64,000 nucleotides of DNA, from NCBI GenBank assembly GCA_965219955.1, contig OZ244799.1, positions 2,240,001 through 2,304,000 of the forward strand, given 5' to 3'. The position numbers and the translations under genes were made by a program. Shown in pieces: positions 1 to 11,146 of the stretch. Source of the DNA: a bacterium (GTDB taxonomy: Bacteria > UBA8248). The notes below the pieces were generated by a model. It was not told the origin of the DNA and did no database searches. It was given only the letters and a program-made list of their open reading frames with translations. Position 1 is the stretch's first letter. Each line of letters begins with the position of its first letter.

Positions 1-330
1 AAGACAGGACTCGAGTTTCGCCAGTGGTTCCGGCAATTCCGAGGGCCCCGCCCAGAGCACGCCCGGACGCTTGAGATGCGGGAAAACGCCGAAACGATCG
101 ACCGAAATATCGAAAGCAGAGACGCCCTCGCCCGCACGGCGCAGCGCCTCAGAGGCTGCCCCGGCCTGCGCATCCTCGATGTCGCCCAAAAAGCGCAGCG
201 TGAGATGGATGTTCTTCGGCCTCATCCAGCGGAAATCATCAAGAGCCGGCATGGTGGCAAGCGATTCTTGAAGCGATTCCAGCTTTTCGTGTTCATCCGG
301 GCTGAACGGAATCGCCAGGAATGCGCGCAT
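1..330 (-). CDS. thpR: RNA 2',3'-cyclic phosphodiesterase (2'-5' RNA ligase family), runs off the window edge
   Basis: Manual translation from ATG at 330 (SD AAGGAGG) gives MRAFLAIPF...RWMRPKNIHLTLRFLGD...FGVFP..RPGVLWAG, with the 2H HxT motif; typical position after pgpA-cinA. Confidence 0.9.
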   Translation of the reverse strand, partial: MRAFLAIPFSPDEHEKLESLQESLATMPALDDFRWMRPKNIHLTLRFLGDIEDAQAGAASEALRRAGEGVSAFDISVDRFGVFPHLKRPGVLWAGPSELPEPLAKLESCL

Positions 331-551
331 GGAGAACCTCCTTCACGAGGGCGAACCGACGAGGGGTGCGAAAACCATGCCGCCGGATACCGGACCGGAC
401 GCAGGGAATTCCATTGCCAAAGTCAGCCGAGGCCGCAAGAACGCCCCCTCTCCCCTCTTGTCCGGAAGTACGCTGCACTCACGCCGCATCAAAGGCTTCG
501 GGGACATCGCACACCGTCGTTCCGCCCCAAAAACAACGATAATCCGCATCT

Positions 552-1049
552 TCACGCCTCATCAAACCCTTCCAGGGCGTCACGCGTCATCTCGAGCGCG
601 GCTTCCGCCGTCTGGGCCTTCACTTCCAGACGGGAGCCTTCAAACAGGTGGTGTCGACAATCGGTGCCGGAAAGTGTGGCGACGGCCATATACACCGTTC
701 CCACCGGCTTCTCGGGAGTTCCCCCCGTGGGACCGGCAATGCCCGTGACGGAGAGTCCGACTTCGCTCCCCGCCGCCGCACGAGCACCCTCCGCCATGGC
801 GCGCGCGCAGGCTTCGCTCACCGCTCCCGGCCCGCCCTCGGTCGCCACGATATCTTTCGATACGCCCAGAAGCCTCATTTTCGCTTCGTTGCTGTAGGTG
901 ACGAAGCCCTGCTCGAAATAAGCGGAACTGCCGGAAACATCCGTGATGCGGCTGGCTATGAGGCCGCCCGTGCAACTCTCCGCCGTGGCGATGCGCCAGC
1001 CTTTATTACTGAGATACGCCCCGAGCCACTCTTCCAGGGATTCCGTCAT
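552..1049 (-). CDS. cinA: CinA C-terminal domain protein / nicotinamide mononucleotide deamidase (PncC)
   Basis: ATAESCTGG, GSSAYF, VTYSNEAK, SVTGIAGPTGG motifs. Confidence 0.92.
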   Translation of the reverse strand: MTESLEEWLGAYLSNKGWRIATAESCTGGLIASRITDVSGSSAYFEQGFVTYSNEAKMRLLGVSKDIVATEGGPGAVSEACARAMAEGARAAAGSEVGLSVTGIAGPTGGTPEKPVGTVYMAVATLSGTDCRHHLFEGSRLEVKAQTAEAALEMTRDALEGFDEA

Positions 1050-1067
1050 TTTCCTGCATCCCCCAAA

Positions 1068-1538
1068 TCAGACAGCCCCAAAGTACGACAAAGCGAATAA
1101 AACCACCCAAGCGATAATTCCCGCGGCGACGTCGTCCGCCACGATGCCCACACCGCCCGGCAGCCCTTCGAGGCGTCGAACCGGCGGCAACTTGATAATG
1201 TCAAAAATACGAAAAAGGAAAAAGCCCGCCACCAGAGCACCCGGGCCCGGCTCGACTCCGATGAAGCAGATGAACTGGCCCACCCATTCATCCACGACGA
1301 TCTCGGGGGGGTCTTGCCGGCTTGTACTCGCCTCATATTTACCGGCGCCCCATACGGCGACGGGAATCAGGAAGATCAGAAACAGGAGGGGAACATAGGG
1401 GTTGACCTGATAAAACAGAAAATACGCCAGAACGGCGACGAGAGAAGCGACCGTACCCGGGGCCACAGGAACCAGCCCGAGGCCGCCCAACGTGGCGACG
1501 AGCCGGGGCAAGGCCTCGCTCTCGTCTTGACGGCTCAT
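1068..1538 (-). CDS. pgpA: Phosphatidylglycerophosphatase A
   Basis: APGTVASL, DPPEIVVDEWVG, FRIFDIIK, GIVADD motifs. Confidence 0.93.
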   Translation of the reverse strand: MSRQDESEALPRLVATLGGLGLVPVAPGTVASLVAVLAYFLFYQVNPYVPLLFLIFLIPVAVWGAGKYEASTSRQDPPEIVVDEWVGQFICFIGVEPGPGALVAGFFLFRIFDIIKLPPVRRLEGLPGGVGIVADDVAAGIIAWVVLFALSYFGAV

Positions 1539-1543
1539 TGATT

Positions 1544-2713
1544 CTACTGGCTTGTGCGGGTTCCGTTCAGCCGGGAGGAGGCGTATTCTCTGGCCCAGCG
1601 ATCCACCTCCAGAATCGTCCCCAGATCATTCGCCTCCATCTTCTCGTGGGCCTGCAATGCGGCCCCCACCACGTCCGGTATATCCATGAATTTCGATGCG
1701 CCCGACAGGAACGAAGCGACGGCCACCTCGTTCGCCGCATTGAGGACGGCGGGGGCCGTCCCCCCTTCGCGCATCGCGTCTTTCGCATGAGTGAGGCAGG
1801 GAAACCGCTCGGGATCCGGCTCTTCGAACGTCAGGGAACCAATCTGCCCCAAATCGAGTCTCGGCGCCTCGATGGGCAACCTTTCCGGAGAAAAGATAGC
1901 CTGTGCGATGGGAATCCGCATGTCGGGCATGCTCATTTGCGCCACGCAGCTGCCGTCGACGAATTCCACCATGGCGTGCACGATGCTTTGCGGGTGAACC
2001 AGCACGTCCACTTGTTCCGGCTTCAGACCGAACAGCCAGCGCGCCTCGATGATTTCAAAACCTTTGTTCATCATGGATGCGGAATCTATCGTAATCTTGG
2101 GGCCCATTTTCCAGTTCGGATGATTCAACGCCTCTTCAAGGCTCACTTTCTTCATCGCCACGATCGAATGGTTCCGAAAAGGTCCGCCCGACGCCGTAAG
2201 CACGATCCGCTCCACCTGGGATTGCGGCCTGTCTGCGAGCGCCTGCGCCACGCCCGCATGCTCGCTGTCGACCGGGAGCAATTCGACTTCAAGAGCCGAA
2301 GCGCGCGACATCACAAGCTCCCCCGCCATGACCAGCACTTCTTTGTTCGCAAGCGCGATCGAGGCGCCCGCGTCGATGGCGGCCAGCGTCGGCGGGAGTC
2401 CCGCCGCGCCCACCAAGGCGGATACAACGAGGCCCGCGCCCGCGCCCGCGGCCACTTCCCTCAAACCCTCCTCCCCCGAAAGCACCTTGATTTCGGGGGA
2501 GAGCGCACCCTCAACGCGCTTCGCGTCCATATCATCGGCCACGGATACAATATCAGGCCGGAACCGCCTGGCCTGCTCAACAAGCCGCTCCCAGTTTCTT
2601 CCGGCGGCAAGCGCCACAACGTCGATTCCGTCGGGAAACTGCGCCACGACATCCAGAGCGTTTTCCCCGATGCTGCCGGTAGAACCCAATATGGAGATTT
2701 TTCGCCGCTCCAT
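1544..2713 (-). CDS. dxr: 1-deoxy-D-xylulose 5-phosphate reductoisomerase
   Basis: ILGSTGSIG, LANKE, PVDSEH, HPNWKMGPKITIDSA, NKGFE; start moved to MERRK (ATG 2713). Confidence 0.97.
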   Translation of the reverse strand: MERRKISILGSTGSIGENALDVVAQFPDGIDVVALAAGRNWERLVEQARRFRPDIVSVADDMDAKRVEGALSPEIKVLSGEEGLREVAAGAGAGLVVSALVGAAGLPPTLAAIDAGASIALANKEVLVMAGELVMSRASALEVELLPVDSEHAGVAQALADRPQSQVERIVLTASGGPFRNHSIVAMKKVSLEEALNHPNWKMGPKITIDSASMMNKGFEIIEARWLFGLKPEQVDVLVHPQSIVHAMVEFVDGSCVAQMSMPDMRIPIAQAIFSPERLPIEAPRLDLGQIGSLTFEEPDPERFPCLTHAKDAMREGGTAPAVLNAANEVAVASFLSGASKFMDIPDVVGAALQAHEKMEANDLGTILEVDRWAREYASSRLNGTRTSQ

Positions 2714-2741
2714 TACACGCTCACCCCCGATGCGCGGTGAC

Positions 2742-3533
2742 TCAAAACCGTACCCAGTACAAGTAACCATAAAACGCAGGGCCCGCCATGAGCAAACCAT
2801 CAATTCTATCGAGCAGGCCCCCATGACCCGGGATGATGTCGGACGCGTCCTTTTGCCCGGCCGCGCGCTTCAGGATCGATTCACCCAAATCCCCTGCCAG
2901 CGCGAACAGCCCGATACCACCCGAAACAGGAATCGCGAGCCACGGGTCGACCCCGGGAACATCCATATAGAACGCCGTGAGGATGCCCGCGAGGACCCCG
3001 GCGAGGATTCCTCCGATTGCGCCTTCCAGGGTTTTCCCGGGACTGATCCTCGGGGCGATTTTTCTTTTCCCCAGCGTCTTGCCCGTGAACATCGCCGCGA
3101 TATCGTTCGCCCAGACGATGACGAACAAAAAGAAGACGGCCTCCATACCTCCCGGAAAGGTTCTGGTAAGCGCAATCAAACCGCCTGCTCCGCCCACCCA
3201 AATCACGCCGAGAAGTGACACCCCCGTCAAGGAAAGGCTTTCCCGAAAGGCCTGGTACGAAAACGCCTTGAGGAAGACACGAAGCAGAATGACCGCCAGG
3301 ACCAACGGCGGCAAAAAGCCGCCCACCCATACGGCGAGCACGAATGCGCAGGCATCCACGGCTCCTTCCCAGGCTCTCACGCGCCAGCCGCAAAGGTTGA
3401 TGAGGCTCTGGAACTCCCAGCCTGCGCGGAAAACGAGCAGAAGCACCACACAGAGAAAAATGGTCGAGGAGGAAAAAAACAAGACGGCGAGAATGGGCGC
3501 CGCAAGCACCAGGGCGCTTATGAGGCGGGTCAA
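2742..3533 (-). CDS. cdsA: Phosphatidate cytidylyltransferase
   Basis: ISPGKTLEG, GDLGESILKR, KD, IPGHGGLLDRIDG; multi-TM. Confidence 0.95.
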   Translation of the reverse strand: MTRLISALVLAAPILAVLFFSSSTIFLCVVLLLVFRAGWEFQSLINLCGWRVRAWEGAVDACAFVLAVWVGGFLPPLVLAVILLRVFLKAFSYQAFRESLSLTGVSLLGVIWVGGAGGLIALTRTFPGGMEAVFFLFVIVWANDIAAMFTGKTLGKRKIAPRISPGKTLEGAIGGILAGVLAGILTAFYMDVPGVDPWLAIPVSGGIGLFALAGDLGESILKRAAGQKDASDIIPGHGGLLDRIDGLLMAGPAFYGYLYWVRF

Positions 3534-3536
3534 AAC

Positions 3537-4295
3537 CTAGTTTCTCCGGGTCGTGAACTGCTCCTCGGTGAGACCGAATTTCCGCACCCGGGACTGATAG
3601 GCGAGGATGGCGTCTTCGAGCTCGCGTTCTGCGAATTCCGGCCACTTGATATCCGTAAAATACAATTCCGCATACGCCGCCTGCCAAAGAAGATAGTTGG
3701 AAAGCCTCAGTTCGCCGCTGGTTCGAATCAAGAGGTCGAGTTTGGGCAAATCCGCCGTGTACAGATGGCGCTCGATGTCATTCTCATCGATTTCCTCGGG
3801 CTGAAGAATGCCTTTTTGCACTTCCCGGGATATGGCTCTCGCCGCGTCGGTAATTTCCCGGCGCGCGCCGTAGCTCAACGCCAAGGTCAAAACCATTCCG
3901 TCCTGATCCGCCGTCTGCTCCTTCACGCGCTGGACAATTTCCTGCGCGAACAAGGGCAAATCCTCTTCGTGCCCAATCGTGTTGAAACGGATGCCCTCCC
4001 TGAGCATCCTTTGAAGTTCGCGCTCGAGATAATCCGCCAGAATGTCCATGAGCGCGTCTACTTCGTCCTTGGGTCTGTTCCAGTTCTCCAGGGAAAAACT
4101 GTACAGGGTGAGGGCCTTGACGCCGATGCGGCGCGCATGCGCCACCACCCTGTCGACGGACTTCACGCCCTCCCGGTGGCCGGCGACCCTGGGGAGGAAC
4201 CGCTTCTGGGCCCAGCGGCCGTTACCGTCCATGATAACGCCGATATGGCGCGGGAGCCGCTCGAGATCGATGCGTGGGTCGATGCGAGATTCCAT
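3537..4295 (-). CDS. uppS: Undecaprenyl diphosphate synthase
   Basis: HIGVIMDGNGRWA, FSLENWNRP, DLLIRTSGELRLSNYLLWQ. Confidence 0.97.
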   Translation of the reverse strand: MESRIDPRIDLERLPRHIGVIMDGNGRWAQKRFLPRVAGHREGVKSVDRVVAHARRIGVKALTLYSFSLENWNRPKDEVDALMDILADYLERELQRMLREGIRFNTIGHEEDLPLFAQEIVQRVKEQTADQDGMVLTLALSYGARREITDAARAISREVQKGILQPEEIDENDIERHLYTADLPKLDLLIRTSGELRLSNYLLWQAAYAELYFTDIKWPEFAERELEDAILAYQSRVRKFGLTEEQFTTRRN

Positions 4296-4313
4296 ACGCG
4301 CTCCGGTGATAAA

Positions 4314-4868
4314 CTAGACCTCAAGAATCTCTTTCTCTTTTGCCGAAAGCAAGTCGTCCAATTCGGAGACGAACTGATCGGTCAGCTTCTGGACATCGCC
4401 CTGTCCTTTTCTGAGGTCATCCTCGGTAATATCTTTGCTCTTCTCGAGGTTTTTCATGTCATCGTTGCCATCGCGCCGAATGTTGCGAAGCGCCACCTTG
4501 TGATCCTCGGTCATCTTCTTGAGCAGTTTCACCATCTCCTTGCGGCGTTCTTCGGTGAGCGCCGGCACCGGCACGCGGATGATCTTGCCGTCGTTCGAAG
4601 GGTTCAGGCCCAGTTCCGCCGATTGAATCGCCTTTTCGATGTCGCCCAACGAGTTCATGTCGAAAGGCTGAACGATGATGAGTTGGGGTTCGGGCACGTT
4701 CAGGGTGGCAAGCTGATTCAGCGGCGTGGACATGCCATAGTAGTCGACCATCACGCCACTGATGAGATTCGTGGAAGCGCGACCAGTTCGCACGCGGGCG
4801 ATTTCAGACTTGTACGACTCCAGCGTGGACTGCATTCTATTCTTTAACGCGGCGAGAACCTCATCCAT
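4314..4868 (-). CDS. frr: Ribosome recycling factor
   Basis: RTGRAS, LGLNP, LTEERRKE, RNIRRD. Confidence 0.97.
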   Translation of the reverse strand: MDEVLAALKNRMQSTLESYKSEIARVRTGRASTNLISGVMVDYYGMSTPLNQLATLNVPEPQLIIVQPFDMNSLGDIEKAIQSAELGLNPSNDGKIIRVPVPALTEERRKEMVKLLKKMTEDHKVALRNIRRDGNDDMKNLEKSKDITEDDLRKGQGDVQKLTDQFVSELDDLLSAKEKEILEV

Positions 4869-4970
4869 GTACCATCTCCCCCTGTGTTACAAACACAAGA
4901 TCATCACCTCACACCCTCGGCCAAATCCTCTCGCGCGCGCTGAATCCGGGCAGACACGACCCGCAACGCA

Positions 4971-5705
4971 TCAGACCTCGGCGGCCTTCACCAAAGTCCC
5001 CACCTGCTTGCCCTCCACTACGCGGCGGATGTTGCCGGGCTTCAGCAGGTTAAAGACAATAATGGGCAAATTGTTATCCATGCACAAGCTCACGGCGGTG
5101 GTGTCCATGACGGCGAGTTGGCGGTTGAGCACCTCGATATACGTCAACTGATCGATGAACTCGGCCGTATCGTCCTGATGGGGATCGGCGGAGAAAACAC
5201 CATCCACGTTCGTGGCTTTGAGAATGCACTCCGCACCCACTTCTATGGCTCTCAGGCTCGCGGTGGTATCCGTCGTGAAGTAGGGATTCCCGGTGCCTCC
5301 CGCGAAAATGACGACCCGGCCTTTTTCCATGTGGCGTATCGCACGCCTTCTGATGTAGGGCTCGCACAATTCGGCCATGTGAATGGCGCTCTGGACGCGC
5401 GTGGCGAGGTCCGCCTTTTCGAGAGCATGCTGAAGAGCCAAAGCGTTGATGACCGTGCCGAGCATGCCCATATAGTCGGCGTTGGTACGCTCCATCCCGG
5501 CAGCGGCGGCGGCGGCGCCCCGGAAGATGTTCCCTCCACCCACGACGATGGTGACTTCTACTCCCATCGTATGGATTTCATGAATTTCCTGCGCTATGTC
5601 GTCAACGACGTTATGGTCGATCCCGTACTTGAGTTCTCCTCCCAGGGCTTCGCCTGAGAGTTTGAGCAGGATCCTCTTGAATCGCAGGTCGCCGCGCATG
5701 GACAT
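4971..5705 (-). CDS. pyrH: UMP kinase
   Basis: [30 protein letters not shown]; start uncertain (5699/5705/5711). Confidence 0.97.
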   Translation of the reverse strand: MSMRGDLRFKRILLKLSGEALGGELKYGIDHNVVDDIAQEIHEIHTMGVEVTIVVGGGNIFRGAAAAAAGMERTNADYMGMLGTVINALALQHALEKADLATRVQSAIHMAELCEPYIRRRAIRHMEKGRVVIFAGGTGNPYFTTDTTASLRAIEVGAECILKATNVDGVFSADPHQDDTAEFIDQLTYIEVLNRQLAVMDTTAVSLCMDNNLPIIVFNLLKPGNIRRVVEGKQVGTLVKAAEV

Positions 5706-5761
5706 CCCCAATTATTTCAAGCCAATGACAACCGACGGTGCGAATCATGCGTCAGAAGGGC

Positions 5762-6631
5762 CTACCCATCGTCCGACGCGGAAAGTTCGCCGAGTTGAAA
5801 GCGAGCCCAGGAAGAAACCCGAATTTCTTCTCCCGACTCCGCGCTTCTATCCTTGAGATACGCCTGAACCGTCTTGTCGGGATCCTTGACGAACGGCTGA
5901 TCGAGCAGGCAAATCTCTTTCTTGTACTTCTTGATGCGCCCTTCGACGATTTTCTCCAGAATGTTCTCGGGCTTTCCTGAATCCTTCTGCTGGGCCAGAA
6001 GAATCTCGCGCTCACTCTGGAGAACCACTTCCGGCACCTGATCCTCGGAGAGGTACCGGGGGCTGCTCGCCGCAATGTGCATCGCCAAATCGCGCGCCGT
6101 CTCGACAAATGCGGCATCACCCGCATTCCCGGGCGTTTCACATTTCACCTCGAGCAAAACGCCTATCCGGCCGCCCGGATGAATATAGGAAACCACCCTG
6201 CCCGAGTCGCCGTTTCCCAGGGCGAGACGCTCCCCGCGGGCGACGACGATGTTCTCGCCCAGCTTGGCGATGGCCTCCGTGGTCACCTCTTTGAGCGCCC
6301 CGGCGAGGTTTTCTCCTCCATTGTCCTTCGCGTGGTTCGCGACGGTTTCGAGAAGCGCCTGAAAGTCCTCCGTACGGGCCACGAAATCGGTCTCGCAATT
6401 CACCTCGACGATGACGCCCATGCGCCCGTCTTCACCAAGGGAAGCGTATACCTGTCCCTCGCTCGCCGTACGCCCCGCCTTTTTGGCGGCGCTGGAAAGT
6501 CCTTTTTCCCTTAAATAGCGCACCGCCTCTTCGAAATCCCCCTCATTCTCCTTGAGGGCTTCCTTGCAATCCATGATGCCCGCACCGGTGCGGGTTCTCA
6601 ACTCCTTGACCATCTGAGCGGTAACTTCCAT
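5762..6631 (-). CDS. tsf: Elongation factor Ts
   Basis: VKELRTRTGAGIMDCKEAL, EVNCETDFVA. Confidence 0.98.
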   Translation of the reverse strand: MEVTAQMVKELRTRTGAGIMDCKEALKENEGDFEEAVRYLREKGLSSAAKKAGRTASEGQVYASLGEDGRMGVIVEVNCETDFVARTEDFQALLETVANHAKDNGGENLAGALKEVTTEAIAKLGENIVVARGERLALGNGDSGRVVSYIHPGGRIGVLLEVKCETPGNAGDAAFVETARDLAMHIAASSPRYLSEDQVPEVVLQSEREILLAQQKDSGKPENILEKIVEGRIKKYKKEICLLDQPFVKDPDKTVQAYLKDRSAESGEEIRVSSWARFQLGELSASDDG

Positions 6632-6680
6632 GCCCTGAACCTCTCCTCATGAAATCCGGCTGTTGCTGAAAATATAATGG

Positions 6681-7475
6681 TTATTTTTCCGCCTTCGTTT
6701 CTCCGCCGCCCGCCGCGGCCGCCATCATCTCCGCCGCTACCGTGTCGCCCGAGGCGACGACGGCTTCGACGTCCTCGGCCCCCGTCTCCTTGCGCAGGGT
6801 GACACCCTCGGCGATGGCCTCCGCAACCCGCGACACGAAGAAGCGAATCGAGCGCAAGGCGTCGTCATTTCCAGGCAATACGTGATCCACCCCGTCGGGG
6901 TCGCAATTCGTGTCTACGACCGCGATAACGGGAATCCCCAGTTTCCTGGCCTCGCGAATGGCGTTGTACTCATGGCCCGTATCAATGACGAACATGGCTT
7001 GCGGCAACTTGTCCATATGCTTGATGCCGCCCAGAAATTTTTCGAGGCGAGCCATGTCCTTCTCGCGCCTGACGGCCTCTTTTTTCGCCAGAAGCTCGAA
7101 GGTGCCGTCATTCTTCATGGACTCCAGATCGAGCAGGCGAGCAATCGAGTTTTTGATCGTCGAGAAGTTCGTGAGCGTCCCGCCGAGCCAGCGCTGGGTG
7201 ACGAAGGGCATCCCCACGCTCCGGGCCTCTTCCATGACGATTTCCTGGGCCTGTTGTTTCGTCCCCACAAAAAGCACTTTGCCGCCCTTCGCGGCGACAT
7301 CGCGAATCACCTCCCGGGCCGCGTTGAACAACTTGAGGGTTTTTTGGAGGTCGATGATGTAAATCCCGTTTCGAGCGCCGAAGATATAAGGGCGCATCTT
7401 GGGGTTCCATCGGATGGTCTGGTGCCCGAAGTGGGCGCCGGCTTCCAGCAGTTCTCTCAATGTAATCGGGGTCAC
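6681..7475 (-). CDS. rpsB: 30S ribosomal protein S2
   Basis: [32 protein letters not shown]; GTG start with AAGGAG. Confidence 0.98.
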   Translation of the reverse strand: MTPITLRELLEAGAHFGHQTIRWNPKMRPYIFGARNGIYIIDLQKTLKLFNAAREVIRDVAAKGGKVLFVGTKQQAQEIVMEEARSVGMPFVTQRWLGGTLTNFSTIKNSIARLLDLESMKNDGTFELLAKKEAVRREKDMARLEKFLGGIKHMDKLPQAMFVIDTGHEYNAIREARKLGIPVIAVVDTNCDPDGVDHVLPGNDDALRSIRFFVSRVAEAIAEGVTLRKETGAEDVEAVVASGDTVAAEMMAAAAGGGETKAEK

Positions 7476-7671
7476 GGGAACACTCCTTTTGCCCCGCCTT
7501 TCATCGAGGGGGGCCCTGCCGGCCTCACGGCGGATGAGGCCGAATTTTCAAGCATTTGATTTTATTAGAGTAATTCGCCAATCAGCTACGCCGCCACGGC
7601 GTCCGCCAGCGTTCGGCGCATGGAATGTCTCATAAGAACCCGGACGATTCAAGTCACCGGAACAAATGCGT

Positions 7672-8892
7672 TCAAGTCTTGTAGTCCGCGTTGAACCGGA
7701 CGTATTCCGCGCTCAAATCCGTCGTCCAGAACACGGCCTCCGCATCACCGACCCCCAGGCCCAGTTCGAGGCCGTATTCGGGCTGCTTGAGCAAGGGAGC
7801 CAGCGCCTCGGTCCAACCCGGTACGGGCGCGCCGTCACTCATCACCTGCACGTTCTCGATTCGGAGAGACATCTTCTCGGGCGCCACGTCCGCGCCGCTG
7901 TAGCCGGCCGCCGCGAACATCCGTCCCCAATTGGGCATCTCGCCATGAATGGCCGTCTTCACCAGCAGGCTCTCCGAAACCGACTTCGCGGCCAGATGCG
8001 CCTGCTCCTCGCTGGCTGCGCCCGAGATTTTCACCTCCACCACCTTGTTGACGCCCTCGCCGTCGCGAACGATGGCCAGAGCCAGTTCCTTGCATACCCG
8101 GTAAAGCGCTTCCTCGAACCGCGCCAGGGCTTCCGTCGATTCGAGCGCCACGCCGGATGCGCCCGTGGCGGCCAGAATCACCGTGTCGTTCGTGGAGGTG
8201 TCGCCGTCTATCGTCACGCAGTTGAACGTTTTCCGCACCACGGCCCGAAGAACGGCCTGGAGGTCGGCTTGCGCAACCACGGCGTCGGTGGCGACGTAGG
8301 CGAGCATGGTCGCCATGTCGGGGGCGATCATGCCGGCTCCCTTGGTGATGCCGCCGATGCGGTAGACGCCCTCTGGTTCTTTCACCTGAACGGCGTACTC
8401 CTTGGGCTTCGTATCGGTCGTCATGATGCCCACGGCAGCCTCGTGGCCGTTATCCGCGGAAAGACCGGAAACCAGATTCGCGATTTGGGCCTTCATGAGT
8501 TCAACCGGGAGTGGAGCGCCGATGAGTCCGGTGGAGGACATGGCGACCTGCGCTTCCGGGCAGTCGAGCGCATCCGCCACCTCGCCGCAAAGGCTCACGG
8601 CGTCTCGGTAGCCCTGCTCGCCCGTACAGGCGTTCGCGTTGCCGCTGTTGACGAGAAACGCCCTAAGAGGCGATTTTCCGACCCGCTCCCTGCACAGGGT
8701 GACGGGAGCGGCGCACATCTTGTTCCGGGTGTAGACGCCCGCGGCGGCGGCCGGGGGGTCGAAAGCGAGCAGCACCATATCCGGATTGCCGGACGGTTTG
8801 ATGCCCGCCGTCACCGAGGCGGCGCGGACTCCCGCGGCCGCGCAAACACCGCCCTCAATCGGCTGAATGTATTCTTTTTCACTCACAACCAA
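7672..8892 (-). CDS. argJ: Ornithine acetyltransferase / N-acetylglutamate synthase
   Basis: NSGNANACTG, IMTTDT, KGAGMIAPDMATML, DGDTSTND, DGEG. Confidence 0.96.
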   Translation of the reverse strand: MVVSEKEYIQPIEGGVCAAAGVRAASVTAGIKPSGNPDMVLLAFDPPAAAAGVYTRNKMCAAPVTLCRERVGKSPLRAFLVNSGNANACTGEQGYRDAVSLCGEVADALDCPEAQVAMSSTGLIGAPLPVELMKAQIANLVSGLSADNGHEAAVGIMTTDTKPKEYAVQVKEPEGVYRIGGITKGAGMIAPDMATMLAYVATDAVVAQADLQAVLRAVVRKTFNCVTIDGDTSTNDTVILAATGASGVALESTEALARFEEALYRVCKELALAIVRDGEGVNKVVEVKISGAASEEQAHLAAKSVSESLLVKTAIHGEMPNWGRMFAAAGYSGADVAPEKMSLRIENVQVMSDGAPVPGWTEALAPLLKQPEYGLELGLGVGDAEAVFWTTDLSAEYVRFNADYKT

Positions 8893-8908
8893 GACCCCTT
8901 CTTTTCGC

Positions 8909-9946
8909 TTACATCCAAAATCCCGGATGCAGGAGACCTTGCGTCTCGGGAAGCCCCAGCATCAGGTTCATGTTCTGCACCGCCGCCCCCGACGCGCCCT
9001 TCACCAGGTTGTCTATCGCCGCGACAATGATGAAGCGCGAGGTGCGCTCATCATACGTCAGGCCGATATCCACATAGTTCGAACCGGCCACCTGCGTCAC
9101 GTTGGGAAACGCGCCCTCGGGCATCAGGCGGATGAACGGCTCATCCGCATAGGCGTCGCGCAGCGCCCCCCGAACCGCCGAGGCGTCCGCGCCACCCTCG
9201 CCCTCCGTGTAGATGGTCGAGAGAATGCCCCGGGTCATGGGCGCCAGATGCGGGGTGAAGGAAACCTGCACGGCTTCGCCCAAGGCGACGGACAACTCCT
9301 GCTCGATTTCGGGCGTATGGCGATGGGTCCCCACGCCGTAGGCCTTGAAGCCCTCGTTCACCTCGCTGAACTGAATGCTCAGGTCCGCTTTTCTGCCCGC
9401 TCCCGAAACGCCAGATTTCGCATCCACGATGATGGAGCCGGGCTTGATGAGCCTCGCCCTCAAAAGCGGGGCCAGCGCCAGAATCGCTCCCGTGGGGTAG
9501 CAACCCGGGTTCGCGACGAGGCGCGCTTTTCTGACCTCCTCCCGGTAGAGTTCGGGCACCCCGTAGACGGCGTCCGCTATTCTTTCCGGCGAGGTATGCT
9601 CCGTCTTGTACCAGGCCTCATAAACGCCGAAATCCCGCAGGCGGTAATCGGCGGAGAAATCCACCACCCGGTGACCGGCATCCAGCAGGGAGGGCACGGT
9701 GTTCATCGCCACCCGGTGGGGCAGACAGCAGAACACGATGTCGGCTCCCTCGCAGACGGCGAGTTCGAACTTCACGAGCGTACCGCCATGCACGGAGACG
9801 AGAGCGGGAAACACCTCATCCACGCCCTTGCCGGCATAGGTCTCGGACGTGAGGGCGATCACCTCCACCCCCCCGTGGGACCCGAGAAGCCTCAACAATT
9901 CAAAACCCGTATATCCCGTGGCGCCCACCACGGCGATTTTCGGCAT
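8909..9946 (-). CDS. argC: N-acetyl-gamma-glutamyl-phosphate reductase
   Basis: GATGYTG, ANPGCYPT, SGVSGAG, HRHTPEI, DNLVKGASG. Confidence 0.97.
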   Translation of the reverse strand: MPKIAVVGATGYTGFELLRLLGSHGGVEVIALTSETYAGKGVDEVFPALVSVHGGTLVKFELAVCEGADIVFCCLPHRVAMNTVPSLLDAGHRVVDFSADYRLRDFGVYEAWYKTEHTSPERIADAVYGVPELYREEVRKARLVANPGCYPTGAILALAPLLRARLIKPGSIIVDAKSGVSGAGRKADLSIQFSEVNEGFKAYGVGTHRHTPEIEQELSVALGEAVQVSFTPHLAPMTRGILSTIYTEGEGGADASAVRGALRDAYADEPFIRLMPEGAFPNVTQVAGSNYVDIGLTYDERTSRFIIVAAIDNLVKGASGAAVQNMNLMLGLPETQGLLHPGFWM

Positions 9947-10027
9947 CTCCCTATCCTCCGGAATCTCAGGCGATTCGCATCATATCTTCATCAGGAGAAA
10001 CATCCACCGCAATCCATTATTTCGCAC

Positions 10028-10055
10028 AAAAAAAGGGGCCGGCAAAGCCAGCCCC
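10028..10055 (-). terminator. Intrinsic terminator after rplM-rpsI
   Basis: Minus strand GGGGCTGGC-TTT-GCCGGCCCC followed by a T7 run. Confidence 0.75.
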
Positions 10056-10075
10056 CGAATCGACCACCGATGTGG

Positions 10076-10471
10076 TTAGCGCTTGGAGAACTGGAAGCTC
10101 TTGCGCGCGCCTTTCAAGCCGTATTTTTTACGCTCTTTGACGCGGGAATCGCGCGTGATGAGACCCGCTTTCTTGAGAATCGTCCGAAACGCGGGGTCCA
10201 CGTCCAGCAGGGCTTTCGAAATGCCGTGGCGAACGGCGCCCGCCTGGCCGGTGAGTCCACCGCCCTTCACGGTGGCGCGAACGTCGTAGCTGCCCCACGT
10301 CTCGGTCAACTCGAAGGGCTGCTTGATCACCATGAGCGAGGTGTCGCGGAGGAAATACTCGTCCGCAGGCGTGTTGTTGACCAGAATCCTGCCGTCGCCG
10401 GGCTCTATCCATACGCGCGCGACGGCCGTCTTGCGCTTTCCCGTGGCGTAGTGCTTCGGTATCGTAGCCAT
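10076..10471 (-). CDS. rpsI: 30S ribosomal protein S9
   Basis: [37 protein letters not shown]. Confidence 0.98.
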   Translation of the reverse strand: MATIPKHYATGKRKTAVARVWIEPGDGRILVNNTPADEYFLRDTSLMVIKQPFELTETWGSYDVRATVKGGGLTGQAGAVRHGISKALLDVDPAFRTILKKAGLITRDSRVKERKKYGLKGARKSFQFSKR

Positions 10472-10496
10472 GTCGATTTCAAAAACCTCTCGGAGT

Positions 10497-10946
10497 TCAG
10501 TCCAACTGAATCGGTTCGGGGCGTTGCGCCTCGTGGGGATGCTTGTCGCCCGCGTATACCTTGAGTTTTTGCAGCAGGGAGCGCCCCAGCTTGTTTTTCG
10601 GCAACATGCCCCGCACGGCGTGTTCTATCACACGCTCGGGATGCGTTTCCAGCATGCGCCCCGCGCTCACCTCCTTGAGATGCCCCGGGTAGCCGGAGTG
10701 GCGGTAATACTTTTTGTCCGAAAGCTTGCGGCCCGTGAGGACAATGCGCTCCGCGTTGATGACGACCACATATTCGCCGTTGTCGACATGGGGCGTCCAG
10801 TCGGGCTTGTGTTTCCCGCGCAGCAGCGTCGCCACGCGCGTGCTAAGACGCCCCAGCGTCTGATCCTTCGCATCCACCAGCACCCAGCCGCGCTGGGCAT
10901 TGGCCTTCTCTTTCGTGAGGCTGACAGTCTTCTGGTACATTCTCAT
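10497..10946 (-). CDS. rplM: 50S ribosomal protein L13
   Basis: [29 protein letters not shown]. Confidence 0.98.
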   Translation of the reverse strand: MRMYQKTVSLTKEKANAQRGWVLVDAKDQTLGRLSTRVATLLRGKHKPDWTPHVDNGEYVVVINAERIVLTGRKLSDKKYYRHSGYPGHLKEVSAGRMLETHPERVIEHAVRGMLPKNKLGRSLLQKLKVYAGDKHPHEAQRPEPIQLD

Positions 10947-11146
10947 CGATTCTCTTCTCTCTTTCAGCTGACAAAGAATCTTCCCTGGAGAAGACGAAGG
11001 TGTATATAAACCCCAGATGGCCGGGGGATGTCAACCACCTCGCGCGGAATTTTCAAAGAATGCGGCGCATCACATATCTTGTTGTTTTTATTGATTTCAT
11101 GGATCAAATCGACTCAAGGCGAAATCTTCACTTGCAGGGGAGCCCG

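Noticed and set aside
343-555. 70-aa ORF overlapping the cinA stop
   Set aside because: No recognisable family and unconvincing composition; cannot be supported
7476-7665. rpsB leader RNA or tRNA
   Set aside because: Some hairpins are present but no cloverleaf or recognisable S2-leader consensus could be confirmed
11003-11034. rplM promoter (TTGACA...TATATA)
   Set aside because: The -35 is perfect but spacing to a good -10 is 18-20 nt; not confident enough to call
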